DNA of 64,000 nucleotides from Vairimorpha necatrix (Eukaryota): NCBI GenBank assembly GCA_036630325.1, contig CP142732.1, positions 620,001 to 684,000 of the forward strand, read 5' to 3'. Shown piece by piece: positions 24,509 to 35,901 of this stretch (position 1 is its first letter; each line of letters starts with the position of its first letter). The notes under the pieces were generated by a model. It saw only the letters and a program-made list of their open reading frames with translations, ran no database searches and was not told where the DNA came from. The position numbers and the translations under genes were made by a program.

Positions 24509-26383
24509 ATGGAAAGAAACGATAAAAATTCTAAGCCTGAACCATCTTCTCTGACCGACGAGAAATCAACAGTAAACAATGGGGCCTCGCAGATCAAAGC
24601 ACTAGAATCCGCTAATGATGAATATAGAAAACAAAATAAGGCCGAAGATATTCAAACCTTGCCAGCAGCCTTTGATTATGTTAGAACTCATCAAATAGAC
24701 ATTAAAAAGATAATAGCGGATGGAGGATATGTTCAACATAGTGTTCGAATTTATAATAATCACGTTTCAAACATAACTAATAATTATTATATTACTCAAA
24801 TAGATACGAGTCAAAAAGTTAAAACAAAAAAACATGGTGTCCTTCGGTCTGCAATGGATAATGAAGCCTTAAGAAATCTTTATACCGCAAAGGACTTTGA
24901 AGTATTAAACGACATAGTGTTAATGCCTTTACATCAAAATATATTGCGTATTTTTTTACTATCAGAGGAAAGTAAGAATTATAAATATTTTAATTTAGTT
25001 TTTTATGAAAAAACGAATGGATTGTGGGCTCCTAGTAAAGAAAAGAGACTAAAGACTGCTGTGATTCATTGCATTAGGAAGTTTTTTGTTCCCTTTGCCT
25101 CATGGTTGGAAACTATAGAAGATTTGGAACCAGCCGCTCATCGTGCTGGCATTCGTTTTCTTAAAAAAATGGATAGATTTGGTATTGTAAAACAGATTGT
25201 TTGTGCTTCTTATATAATTTTAAAAGATAATAACTTTGGAGAGAAATTAGATGGAGATTTTACTGTAATTCCTTTTAAGACTAAAGTATACTCACTCGAT
25301 AAAAGAGAACTAAGAGATTATACCAATGAGGATTATTTTTCTAAGCGATTTCCTTTAGATTATAATCCTCTAGCTGACACAAGTATTGCTATTAAGTTTA
25401 TAAAAAGTATCTTTCCCGATCGTGAAGTTTTGGATTATGCTTTAAGTGAATTTGCGTCATGGTTAGATTTTAGATTTCCTAATGATTATATGTTGTTCTT
25501 CAATGGCTCGGGTTCTAATGGTAAGAGTTTGCTTATACGTTTATTGTCTAGTATCTTTGGAGATTTTTCTGAATCTTTGCCTTCGAATTTCTTTTCAGTA
25601 GAAAGCGATTATAGTAATATGACGAACCCAATGATCAAGGGATTAAAGACAATGAGAGTGGCTTTTTTGTCCAATCCCGAAGGTAACAATTTGAAGTCAG
25701 AATTTATAAAATATCTATGTAGATCCAATGAGATTTCAGTGTGGAGTCAATTTAGCAATGAGATTTGTAAATTTAAATTAACTACTAAATTTGTCATAGC
25801 TATGGAATATTTACCTTCATTTTCTTCCGTGGATCAAGCTTTGTGGCGCCGTATCAGGATCTTACCATTTACAACAAAGTTTGTTGATAATCCAAAAAAA
25901 AAGTTTGAAAAAAAAATTGACAGGTCACTAAGTGATAATATTGAAGACAATCAGCCATTAAAAGAATCTCTTTTAAAATTACTAATAGAGAAATATCACA
26001 CTATTAAAGATATAAACATCGAACCGCCTAGTGCTTGTATACAAGAGCTTGAATATATAAAAAGCATTGAAGAAGAATTTAAAAATTGGTTGGAGGAAAA
26101 TGTTGTTTACAAACAAGGTAAGATCCTGTCTAAGAATGAATTGTTCGCTAGATACGAAGGGTATCCTTATGAAGTGAGACCGCTTGATGAAGATCAACAG
26201 GCTAAGCTTAAGATAGTCAATGCTTACATCGAAAAGCTAAATGACGATATGAAAGATTTGATACAACCTTCACAGTTGATCTATAATGGACGTCATAAAA
26301 TCCTAGGTACAAGCTCCACCAAGTGCGGCTATATGAATTTGTGGTATGTTGACGAAGAAGAAGAAAACAATGAAGATCGATAG
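24509..26383 (+). CDS. D5-like (poxvirus D5/phage P4-type) SF3 helicase, D5_N plus ATPase, with no recognisable primase domain
   Basis: D5_N-like LDGDFTVIPF..VYSL..LRDY..EDYFS..DYNP, Walker A GSGSNGKS, and DQALWRRIRILPF..KF. 624 open codons. Confidence 0.88.
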   Translation: MERNDKNSKPEPSSLTDEKSTVNNGASQIKALESANDEYRKQNKAEDIQTLPAAFDYVRTHQIDIKKIIADGGYVQHSVRIYNNHVSNITNNYYITQIDTSQKVKTKKHGVLRSAMDNEALRNLYTAKDFEVLNDIVLMPLHQNILRIFLLSEESKNYKYFNLVFYEKTNGLWAPSKEKRLKTAVIHCIRKFFVPFASWLETIEDLEPAAHRAGIRFLKKMDRFGIVKQIVCASYIILKDNNFGEKLDGDFTVIPFKTKVYSLDKRELRDYTNEDYFSKRFPLDYNPLADTSIAIKFIKSIFPDREVLDYALSEFASWLDFRFPNDYMLFFNGSGSNGKSLLIRLLSSIFGDFSESLPSNFFSVESDYSNMTNPMIKGLKTMRVAFLSNPEGNNLKSEFIKYLCRSNEISVWSQFSNEICKFKLTTKFVIAMEYLPSFSSVDQALWRRIRILPFTTKFVDNPKKKFEKKIDRSLSDNIEDNQPLKESLLKLLIEKYHTIKDINIEPPSACIQELEYIKSIEEEFKNWLEENVVYKQGKILSKNELFARYEGYPYEVRPLDEDQQAKLKIVNAYIEKLNDDMKDLIQPSQLIYNGRHKILGTSSTKCGYMNLWYVDEEEENNEDR

Positions 26384-26763
26384 AAAAAATAAAAATTTAT
26401 GCTGAAATTACCTTCTTTGACTGATAAACTAACAACCCACATTTTTAGTTTCATATTTGTTTTTTGGCCTATACAAAACGTTTTTATTATATATTATCAT
26501 TGTGAAGTTTTTTTTGCAAGTTTTTCAAGAAATTTTTCTTAAGAAATCCAAAAAAATAAAAATGCAGCCAAGATTAATCAAATGGTACATACGTCTTTAC
26601 TGACCAACGCAACATAAAAATTGAATGAACAATGCAAAAAGTGCGGAATGTTTACTATTTTTATAGGATACTTTGCTATATTGGGAATACATAAAAAGAT
26701 ATAATAAAATGCGAAATTAGTAATATAGAATAAAATTTAAGATTATTTATTGTTATAATAAAA

Positions 26764-27337
26764 GTTACATGATCGTTTGGAACCCGTATTAAAAAATTGA
26801 AAGGATTCCATATAAAAAAATGACAAAATTGGTAAGAACAAAATTTTTAAAAATGAAGTGTTTTTTGTTTTGGATAAAAATAAAGTACTTTGTAATAAAT
26901 TGAATAATACATAACCAGCATGTGCCTTACTTGAACTGTGTCTGTAGAATGCGGCCATTCCTTTTGAGGGGATACAATATTTATCACCAGTTCTATTGTG
27001 ATAATTATAAATGGTAGCATGTGATGCTGCATTAGACAAATCACTGGGATGGCCACGGTACTGTGAATCAGTTATCAAATTCGTAAACTTTAACGATCCT
27101 GGGAAACAGAACCATACAAATTTTAGGATTTTGGGTTTCTTCCAAGAAAATATGCTGTATAGACATGGAACAAATCAGGACAACACAATGAGTACCTTTT
27201 ACTGTATCTCACTTTCATCAAAAACCTAAAAATCATCATCTTTTATTATCTAAAATAAATTGCCAAGTCTTTTTTTACATTTTTTTATTTTTCCCGTTCT
27301 TGAAATTTTCAAAGTGGGTTCTAAACGGCCATGTACC
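26764..27337 (+). mobile_element. Second copy of the GGTACATGGCCGTTT TIR element (no SINE)
   Basis: Ends GTTACATGATCGTTTGG / CTAAACGGCCATGTACC; internal similarity to 20574-22045. Confidence 0.7.
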
Positions 27338-27849
27338 GAAAAATATCAAAACAGTCTAAGTCGTGAATAGTTTAAGACAGGATAGATATTTTGAGGTCAT
27401 CATTTTTACAATTCGACTTGTAATAAAATAATCGATGTCAGGCATAAGAAGGAGTAAATTTATATTTTTTTTAAAAGCATAATCCCTATAAGCCCAAACA
27501 ACTTCTAAACAACTGAAAAGCTTATAGCTGAACACAAAAGTTAAAAACATCTCTTTTAGAGTTATTTCATAATTTTTGCAATATTATTTTATATTTTCAC
27601 TTATACCTCTACTGTCTTTTGTTTTCACATATTGACGTTAAATTGATTTAAAATTACAGTGGCTGTAAAAAATCTTTGAATTCCTTTCCATAAGTGTCTA
27701 TATACATATTTTTTTTTTATTAGATTCATTAAGTCAGAATTACGTTTTAAACGGCATATGTAAAATGTATAAAACACTTTATTTTGGTAAAATATAATAC
27801 CTTACTTACCAATTACTTTTTACAAGATACGCTTACAGTCTCTTCTGGC

Positions 27850-28100
27850 AGTTTTCGAAGTTCATTTGGATCTACGCAACGGACTCTCAAATACTCCTTC
27901 CTGATCACTATCAAGCCCATGTCTGACTGACATAGTTAGGTTTTCTAAAGTCATTTTAAAAATTCTTGTTTGTATATATGCTTCAGTTCTAAGTTCTAAT
28001 TGAAGCTCTTTCTGATGCGCGCGGCGAAAATTAGTTACTATTACATCGCAAGTCATCACATAATGTATAATATAAATATGCTTTTTATAATTTTCCCTAT
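27850..28100 (-). mobile_element. Non-LTR retrotransposon 3' stub
   Basis: YVMTCDVIVTNF..EAYIQTRIFKMTLENL. Confidence 0.7.
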
Positions 28101-28556
28101 TCAAGTTACGTCTGTAAATGACTCTATGTTTAAAATTTTATTGTTGCAATACCTTAAATTGGCGTCAAAGCCATCACATGACTTGTGATTCTTAAATGTA
28201 TCAACATTCGCAGCAGCAGCGAGATGATTTGGAGCAATGCCTCGGTTATATTAGAGTACTTCCATACACATCTTAAAAGTGTTCCTTTTACAGAACATTT
28301 ATACACAAGGCAAATAAAACTAATATTCCTTTCACTCTCTGCACCTCCCAAAAATGACTTTCTTCTCAGTATATCATCACCTTTTTGACAATGTCGTGAC
28401 TATATTTTTTTTACAGATCGCGTCAATTCTACTTTAATAGTTCTGCCAACCCATCACCATCAAAATTATATTGTTGCGTTTTTTATGTTACTCTCAAAAA
28501 GCTTTTTAAAATAATATATGTGGACCAAAAACCTTTTAAAAGACAGAAGGTATCGA

Positions 28557-29050
28557 GGTGCCATTAGGCCAGTGGTAAAAGGCAATTTTTTCATTGAGCA
28601 TGGCTGGGTTAGAATCCAAGAGGCAATAACCCGGTTTTGCTTTTCTTTGATGCAGTTTGAACAACATAGATGATGATATTATCCCGATAATCATTCAATT
28701 AATTTAATAAAACTTGTGTCATCAAATTCTAAAAGGAGAGCATCTGGTGCAGAAATGCACCTTAAGACGTAAATTGATATATTATTTCGAATTCCGCAAT
28801 AATACAAAAATACCTTTGGACACATCCTAGTTAATGCCCATTACTGTGTACTCTTGGGTGGATAAGACCTAACAAAGAGAATATACATAAAAAGAACATT
28901 AAAAACTCATATAACCGACCTTAAAGGATTCAGTAGCGCTGTGGTATAGCCAATTGACAATTTGTAATCAACGTAGACAAATAAATGCCGGGTTGGCGTT
29001 AGGGCAGTATAAGTAGCGTATATCTATAAAAATGATTGAAGGGATCTAAG
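28557..29050 (+). mobile_element. Older, AT-shifted and 3'-truncated copy of the tRNA-derived SINE
   Basis: GGTGCCATTAGGCCAGTGG..GGCTGGGTTAGAATCC head, then blocks such as GATGCAGTTTGAACAAC, GATAATCATT and AGCATCTGGTGCAGAAATGCACC colinear with the 21727 copy. Confidence 0.75.
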
Positions 29051-30303
29051 AAACAAGATCGATAATGATTCTTCTATAATTAATTAAACTATTTTTGTTA
29101 ACTATATTTGCTGTATTACATTCTGAACGCTATTTGTGGTAAAAAAAAGATGTTCTCTCGAACCCAAAGTCCAATGGATGCAACGGAGCTTGCTACACAG
29201 GCAAGTTATACGAAGGGAGTTTTTGTAAGTAAGAATATCACCGTGAATTTTTATAAAAATTTCATCATATCTTTCTGTTCTCCTTTGAAGAATTATATAT
29301 ACCTCATACTTGCAAAAAAAAATTTGGGCCGACAAACCCACTTAAATTTAAACCACGCGGCTTAAAAAGTGTTTAAAATGAAAGCAGATCTGTAAATTTT
29401 TACTTAAAAACTTTATGTCTTTTTTTTGTGATCTAGACAGCGATTTCGATTTGTGATTTTTTTGCTCTTAATATTAGTTAAAAATATCACAGAATTAATT
29501 ATTCTAAAGTAGGGTGTTATAGAATACTTTATGCTTTTTATGCTATAGAAAATCTGTGCAGCTTATGAGGGTGTTTTATAACCAATATAATTTAAATTAC
29601 TAATTGAATCTAATTTTAGTGTTCAAACGGACGCATAAATAAAAAATATAAATCTAACACTTTTTAGGAAGACGTAATGCCCAAATATATACAATCCAGA
29701 CCGTCAAATTGTCTGGAAATGAAAATGACCAACAAAATGGTTTCTAGGAGCTAGGATCGGGACCCCCTCTTCCTCAGAGGAAGTTGACTTTGTTTTTCGG
29801 ACCTAAAAAACGAACTGGAAAAAAAGAAGGAAAGATGAAGAGACAAAAATTTATAATCATTCATAATATCCAAGATAACAAATAATGCATATTTAGATAT
29901 GTGCTATTAATTACCACTGTATTTTTTTCCTTCTAAATGAATTTTCTAGAAATTTTTGCAAAAAATATCCTCTATTAATCTTACCGAATAAATAAGATGT
30001 GGAAATGAACAAGAAGTCTTAAGGAATAAAAAAAACAATTTTACAATTTTGATTAAAATTACATTGCAGGGAGAAGCACCATAAAGCGCAGCTTCCAAAC
30101 TTCCTCCTTAAATAATAACACCGCAAGGTTTGAAACGTATTCAAATGTAAGCATTACGATCATTTTTAAAGATTTCTCTATGATCATGATTGTGTTCTAT
30201 ATAACTTCTTAAAAGAATTAAACGTATTTTAACCATACCGTAAACTTTAATATTTTTTTAAAGTAACAATTACAAACCCCACTTACAATATGAACACATA
30301 AAA

Positions 30304-33300
30304 TGTTATATATTCTTATATTTTTGATCCTAAATTATGATAAATAAATACATGGGGGCGATACCGAATCGTGAGTTAACAAGTGTTGGCTGTGGTCAAG
30401 AGGCCAGAAGGTTATTAGAAGAGTTTAAGAGGATTGTTTATGGATTAGTATTGTCTGATTATGATTTTGAGAAAAATGTAAAGAAGGAGATTTTTGATCT
30501 TGGAACTGATGAGTTGAAAGAATTTATGGTTAAGAATATTAAGATTGGAGATCATTGGAAAGTTATGGAAACCAAATTAGAGGAATTGGTTAAAGTACAG
30601 GAGGAAAAGGATATGAGATTACGGATGATTGAGGAGGTCACAAAGATGGTGGCAGAGGAGATTAGAAATATTAGTAGAGAGGAAAGAATATTTGAGAAGA
30701 GAAGAACAATGAGATGTTATAATTGTTCAAGAATGGGACATAAGAGTCAGATGTGTTATTATAGATATAGAAATGTTAAGAATAAAGACGAATGTGAGAG
30801 TATTAAAGAAGAAGGTAGCAGTAGCTGTGGTGAAAGGACTTATAGGAACACATGGGATGCTAAAAGACAAAAGAAACAAGAATGGAAGACAAGAAATAAA
30901 AGATGTTATGATGAGGTAGAAAAGAACGGTCTAACTTTAGAAGACATGAGAAAGAGGTTTAGGAACGTTATAGACAACGAAGAAGAGAAAATAAGATATT
31001 GTAAAATTGAAAAATGCAGAATCAGAACTGAAGAAGGTAAGAAAGTTGTAAGGAAAGGTCAGCAGGTGCCACAAGCGCATAAAGAAGAGCTGAGAAAATA
31101 TATTCAGAGGTTAGAGACAAGGAATGTCATAAGAAGATCGACGTCGGAATGGAGAAATCCGATTAAAGCTTTAATTAAGCCAGATGGAAGTATAAGACTG
31201 GTTAGCAATCTCATGGCATTAAATGATTTAGTGGAGAAAGACCCTTATGAATTAGTGAACATTAGGGATATCATAAGGAACACGCAAGGATCGAAGTTTT
31301 TCAGTGTTATAGGCCTTAAAGAGGCTTTTTATGGAATCGAAATAGAAGAGCAAGACAAGCATAAGGCTGCATTTGAGTATGATAAGATAGTATATGAATG
31401 GAATAGTATGGTCATGGGGTTTAAAAACTCGCCTCAGATCATGCAGAGAATTATGAATAAAATTTTTGAAAAACATTTGGGTGGTAAAATAGAAGTATAC
31501 ATGGACGATATAGTGATTCATGCGAAGACTAGAAAAGAACATGATAAATTATTTGTAGAAGCGATGAAATTGTTAGAACGGAATAATATGCGGATAAATT
31601 CAAAGAAAATTCAGTAAGACCAAAAGGAAGTCAAGTTATTGGGAGTTACATTAAACGGAGATGATATGATTCCGTCTGAAATCAAGAAAAACGAAGCACT
31701 AGAGTTTCCAACGCCGCAGAATGTGTTTGACATCGAAGATTTTTAGGACTGAGTGGATGGTTTCGAGGATTTATTAAGAATTATGCGGAGAAGACATTAT
31801 ATATGACTGAATGTTTGAAAGGTAAATGTAAAGTATTGAATTGGACTGATGACTTAAATAAAGAGTTCGAAAATATGAAGGAAACGTTAAGAAGTATGAG
31901 TAAGTTGAAAATTGTAAACTATGACAAGGAATTTTTATTAAGAACTGACGCGAGCAATATATGAATGGGCGCAGTACTCATCAGAAGAATGATAAAGAAG
32001 AGTGGGTGCCAGTACAATGGGCATCGAAGAAATTCACCCCGACGGAAACTAGATATGGTATAAGTGAAAAGGAAATGTATGCCATATATCGGGGAATAAA
32101 GAAATTTGAGTATGAGTTAAGAGGACGAAAATTTAAAATAGAAACGGATCATAAAGCATTGGCGGAAATAAGAAGAAAGCCGTGTTTTAATAATAATAGA
32201 ATTAATCGATGGATTGAGAAGATCCAAGAATTTGACTTTGAAATAGATAACAGGAAACCAGAACATATGGTCGTGGCGGATGCTTTAAGTAGGATACACG
32301 AGGAGGTTGATCCAAGAAAAGAAATGATAAAAAAAAGAAGTGAGCGTCAAATTGAAGGTAAATGGTTGAAGCACGTCGAGACGATAGACGGTAAAGAATA
32401 CTGGAATTTTGATTCGGGGAGGAAAGCATTGATTCCTAAAATAAAAGAAAGAAATGAGCTTATGAGACGTTATCATGAAGAGCATGGACACAGAGGACTA
32501 GGAAGCATGTATTATGCCATGAAGTTTGATTATTATTGGCCAGGAATAAAAGAAGATATAGGGAAAATGATAAAAAGGTGCGAGGAGTGTCAAATTTACA
32601 ATAGGAAAAAGTCTGGAGGATGTGATTTTGTTGCTACAAGCAGGTATTTAGAAAAAGTAGCGTTAGATTTAATTGATTTTAGAGATAAGGGCAAATATGT
32701 ATTAGTTGCGATAGATTATTATACGAGGATAGCGTGGGGATGTGTATTATACGATAAGAAGAGATCCTCTGTGGCCCAGTTTATTGAGAACTTATGTAGA
32801 AATGGCAGGAGGCCGAAGGAAATAATAACGGATAATGGAAAGGAATTTGATAATGTTGACTTTAAGGATTTGTGTAGAAAATTGGATATTACCCATAATA
32901 GGGCGAGTGTCGAGTCTCATAGAAGCAATGGTGGAGTTGAAAGAGTTATAGGAACGCTTAGAGATCTAATATTGAAAATGAGTAAAGAGACGGCGAGTTT
33001 TGAAGACATAGTGATGGAAAGTTTTAAAATTTATTATAATAGTTACCATGAAGGTATAAGAAGTACTCCCAATGAAGCGGTAAAAGACAATACGGGAAAA
33101 GTGATGATATTAAATGGACCAGAAGGAGACTACAGTAAAAGATTTGTTAGAAGATATAGAGAGCGGTTTATTGAAGGACAACTAGTAAGGATAGCTAAGA
33201 AAGAAAACATCAAAGGATGTAATAAATATCAAAAGGGAAGGTTTTTAGACGAAGGTATTATAATGGTGATATGCCCTGGGACTCGTATGTTGTGAAGCTA

Positions 33301-33445
33301 TCTAATGGGCGATATGTTAAAAAGAGACATTATGACTTGAAAAATCTGCTTGGGGTTAATGGTGATGTAGGAGACTAACCGTCTTGGAGAGGGGATGTTA
33401 TATATTCTTATATTTTAGATCCCCAATTATGAAGAAATAAATACA
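30304..33445 (+). mobile_element. Ty3/gypsy retrotransposon with 49/50-bp LTRs, copy B (3142 bp, no protease)
   Basis: LTRs 30304-30352 and 33396-33445, TSD TAAAA, PBS TGGGGGCGATACC, PPT GGAGAGGGGA. Confidence 0.93.
30337..33377 (+). pseudogene. Single gag-RT-RNaseH-IN polyprotein with a few stops/frameshifts
   Basis: CYNCSRMGHKSQMC, MGFKNSP, YMDD, RTDAS, ETDH, HGHRG..CEEC, ITDNGKEF, VERVIGT. Confidence 0.88.
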
Positions 33446-33604
33446 TAAAATATGAAATTAGATTTTTGATAAATGGTTTTAGTTTTTTATGCCTAAATTA
33501 AGCCCATTAAGAACATAAAAATGTGCTGATCGTCTTATAAATCTTTAACCTTCTAAGTTATATGTATATGTATTTAATATTATTTTTATTAATTAATGGG
33601 TGTA

Positions 33605-35298
33605 GGTACCCGTAAATTCGCCAAAAGTTCAATAATGGTTGTTTCGCCAAAAATTTTGCCCATAAAATTTTTCCTTTTTTCGCCGAAAATCTACCCTTAA
33701 AAAAATGAACGACAACTTTGAAATTTTTACCGGTCAACGTGGAGGACGAAATCTTATCTATGAAGATCAGATATACACTTTAGACTACAATAAGGACAAT
33801 ACTAGGAGATGTAGGTGCAGTAATAGGTCTTGTAGAGGTGCCATTACAATGAATGAATAAAACGAAATCGTTAAAAAAGTTATAAATTCACATGAACCAG
33901 TACCTGAGAAATGCATGTTTAAAAGAACTATCAAAAAAATAAAAGAACAAGTTGCTTTAATTAATGAAAACTCCCTAGAAATAATAAAAAACAACCCCCA
34001 GCATTGTCAACCAGCTTAGATATTACTAAAATGCCTTCCATAGAATATTTAAGAGATACAATCAAACGAACAAGAATTCAAGACTCGGATTTATAACTGG
34101 TTGCATCATAGATATACCCGAAGTCTTGCAAGTAGATTCTAAAAAAAATCGTTTTCTTATGTTTGATAGTGATCTGTAAGATAATGATAGATTTATAATA
34201 TTTTTTTCAGAATTCAAAAAAAGTATGATTGAAAAAATAGACACGTTCGTTGTAGATGGAACGTTTAAATTTTCTCCTCAAGGACTTTACTAAATTGTCG
34301 CCTTTCATGGACATATATTTGGCAAAAGTTTTCCATACATTTATATTTTACTCGAGGGGAAAAGTGAAAGGTCATATTCTAGAGCCTTCGATAAATGTAA
34401 GAAATTAGTTACTATGAATGTTGAGAACTTTGTGACTGATTTTGAGAGAGGATTGGTCAATGCATTACGAATATCTTTCCCCGAAGCAAACTGTAATGGA
34501 TGCTTGTTTCATCTTGGGCAGGCAGCCTATAAAAGAGTCAGGGCAATGGGGGACATAGAAAATTTAAAAATGATTCTAACTATAATCTAGTATTCAAAAA
34601 GATTCTTAGATTAGCTTTTGTGCCAAGACGAGATGTTCCGGTTTTTTATGAAGATATTAAGAAATTTATACAAGATAATTCAATCACAACCACAGCTAAC
34701 TTTCAGTTATACTTTGAAAATAATTGCTTAGTTTCCCATGTAACAAGAGAAGATAATGGTGGGAGAGCTGTCGCCAATATAAATTTTTGGAATGTATTTG
34801 ATAGTTTAAAAAATGAAATTCCTCGGACTTCTAACAATGCAGAAAGATAGAATAAAACCATCAACAAGAGGATGAAGACAAGAAATCCAAATATCGTTCT
34901 TTTTATTTCAAGAATACTCGATTGTGAGGAAAAGATAATATAATCTAAAACGTAAAAAAAAGGATTGTTTAAAGCTAAAAAAACCAAAAAAGCGGAGGAA
35001 AAAATTAGAACAATCGTTAAAAATTATAAACATTATTCTCGTGAAGAGTACAAGAATGCTTTCTGCAACACGTGAATTTCAAATGCGAATAAGTAAATTA
35101 AATAAACCTATTTTTATTATAAATGCTTTTTAAATAACCAATAAATTTTAATTTAAATTATAATAAAGCTTAACAAATCTTTTAATTTTTCTTTATACTA
35201 CCAATTTTTTTTTGTATTTTTTTTGGCGAAAAAACGAGCAAATTTTAATTTTTGGCGAAAACCCGTATATTCGCCTACAGGCGAATTTACGGTTATCG
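33605..35298 (+). mobile_element. Mutator-like (MULE) transposon with pseudogenised transposase
   Basis: TIR core CCGTAAATTCGCC and 10-bp TSD AATGGGTGTA. VDGTFK, TDFERGL, GCLFHLGQ and PRTSNNAE motifs. CCC..ATG at 33705. Confidence 0.9.
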
Positions 35299-35901
35299 AA
35301 TGGGTGTAATGTGTTCCATTTTTTTTATATTTTATTAAATTGAAACACTTTCTTAAAAATTGTTCAAGATAGATCATAGATTCGTAGAGCTTTTATAACC
35401 TCTATTTCAGAATTTATAAATAATAAAAAATAATTAAAAAGAATTTTAAAATAAACTAGATACATTTTTTATTTCCATTAAACAGCTTAATATAGTGTAT
35501 TGTTTATATTACAGACTTAATTAAAGAAAAAAAATGAAAATATGATGCGGTGTTCGTATACATTAATTTAGAAATAAAATCGCAGAAATTTGAGGTAACA
35601 AAATTATATCTTAGTTTATGTGAAAGTACCAAAACTGTTTTAAGATTACATTTATAATATCCGTTCAAAAAATAGTATACGAAGAACTCATTTAAAAAAT
35701 AATTATGCTAGTACGTTGGTATTAGGCATTTTTAGATTTTCATGAAAAATCACACAGCACACACATATATATGTATATGTGCTTTAAAAAATGGATTATT
35801 ACAAATAAACTTCTTTTTTTTTCTTTAAAATATTATGTCTTGTTCAAAAAAAAAAGCAAGTTAAAGTTAAGAACTTTAAAAGAGGTTTTTAATGTATATA
35901 G

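Larger units (their letters stand above)
19297..26441 (+). mobile_element. Old LTR-bounded element carrying a D5-like helicase; its 5' LTR is split by a gypsy insertion
   Basis: 19297-19319 plus 24371-24578 aligns to the 226-bp LTR at 35902-36127. TGG follows at 24580. About 26370-26441 resembles the R-U5 part of the same LTR. TSD not preserved. Confidence 0.7.

Noticed and set aside
24509-26383. Integrated whole virus or Polinton
   Set aside because: No capsid, PolB, packaging ATPase or long TIRs are present nearby; only the single helicase gene is.
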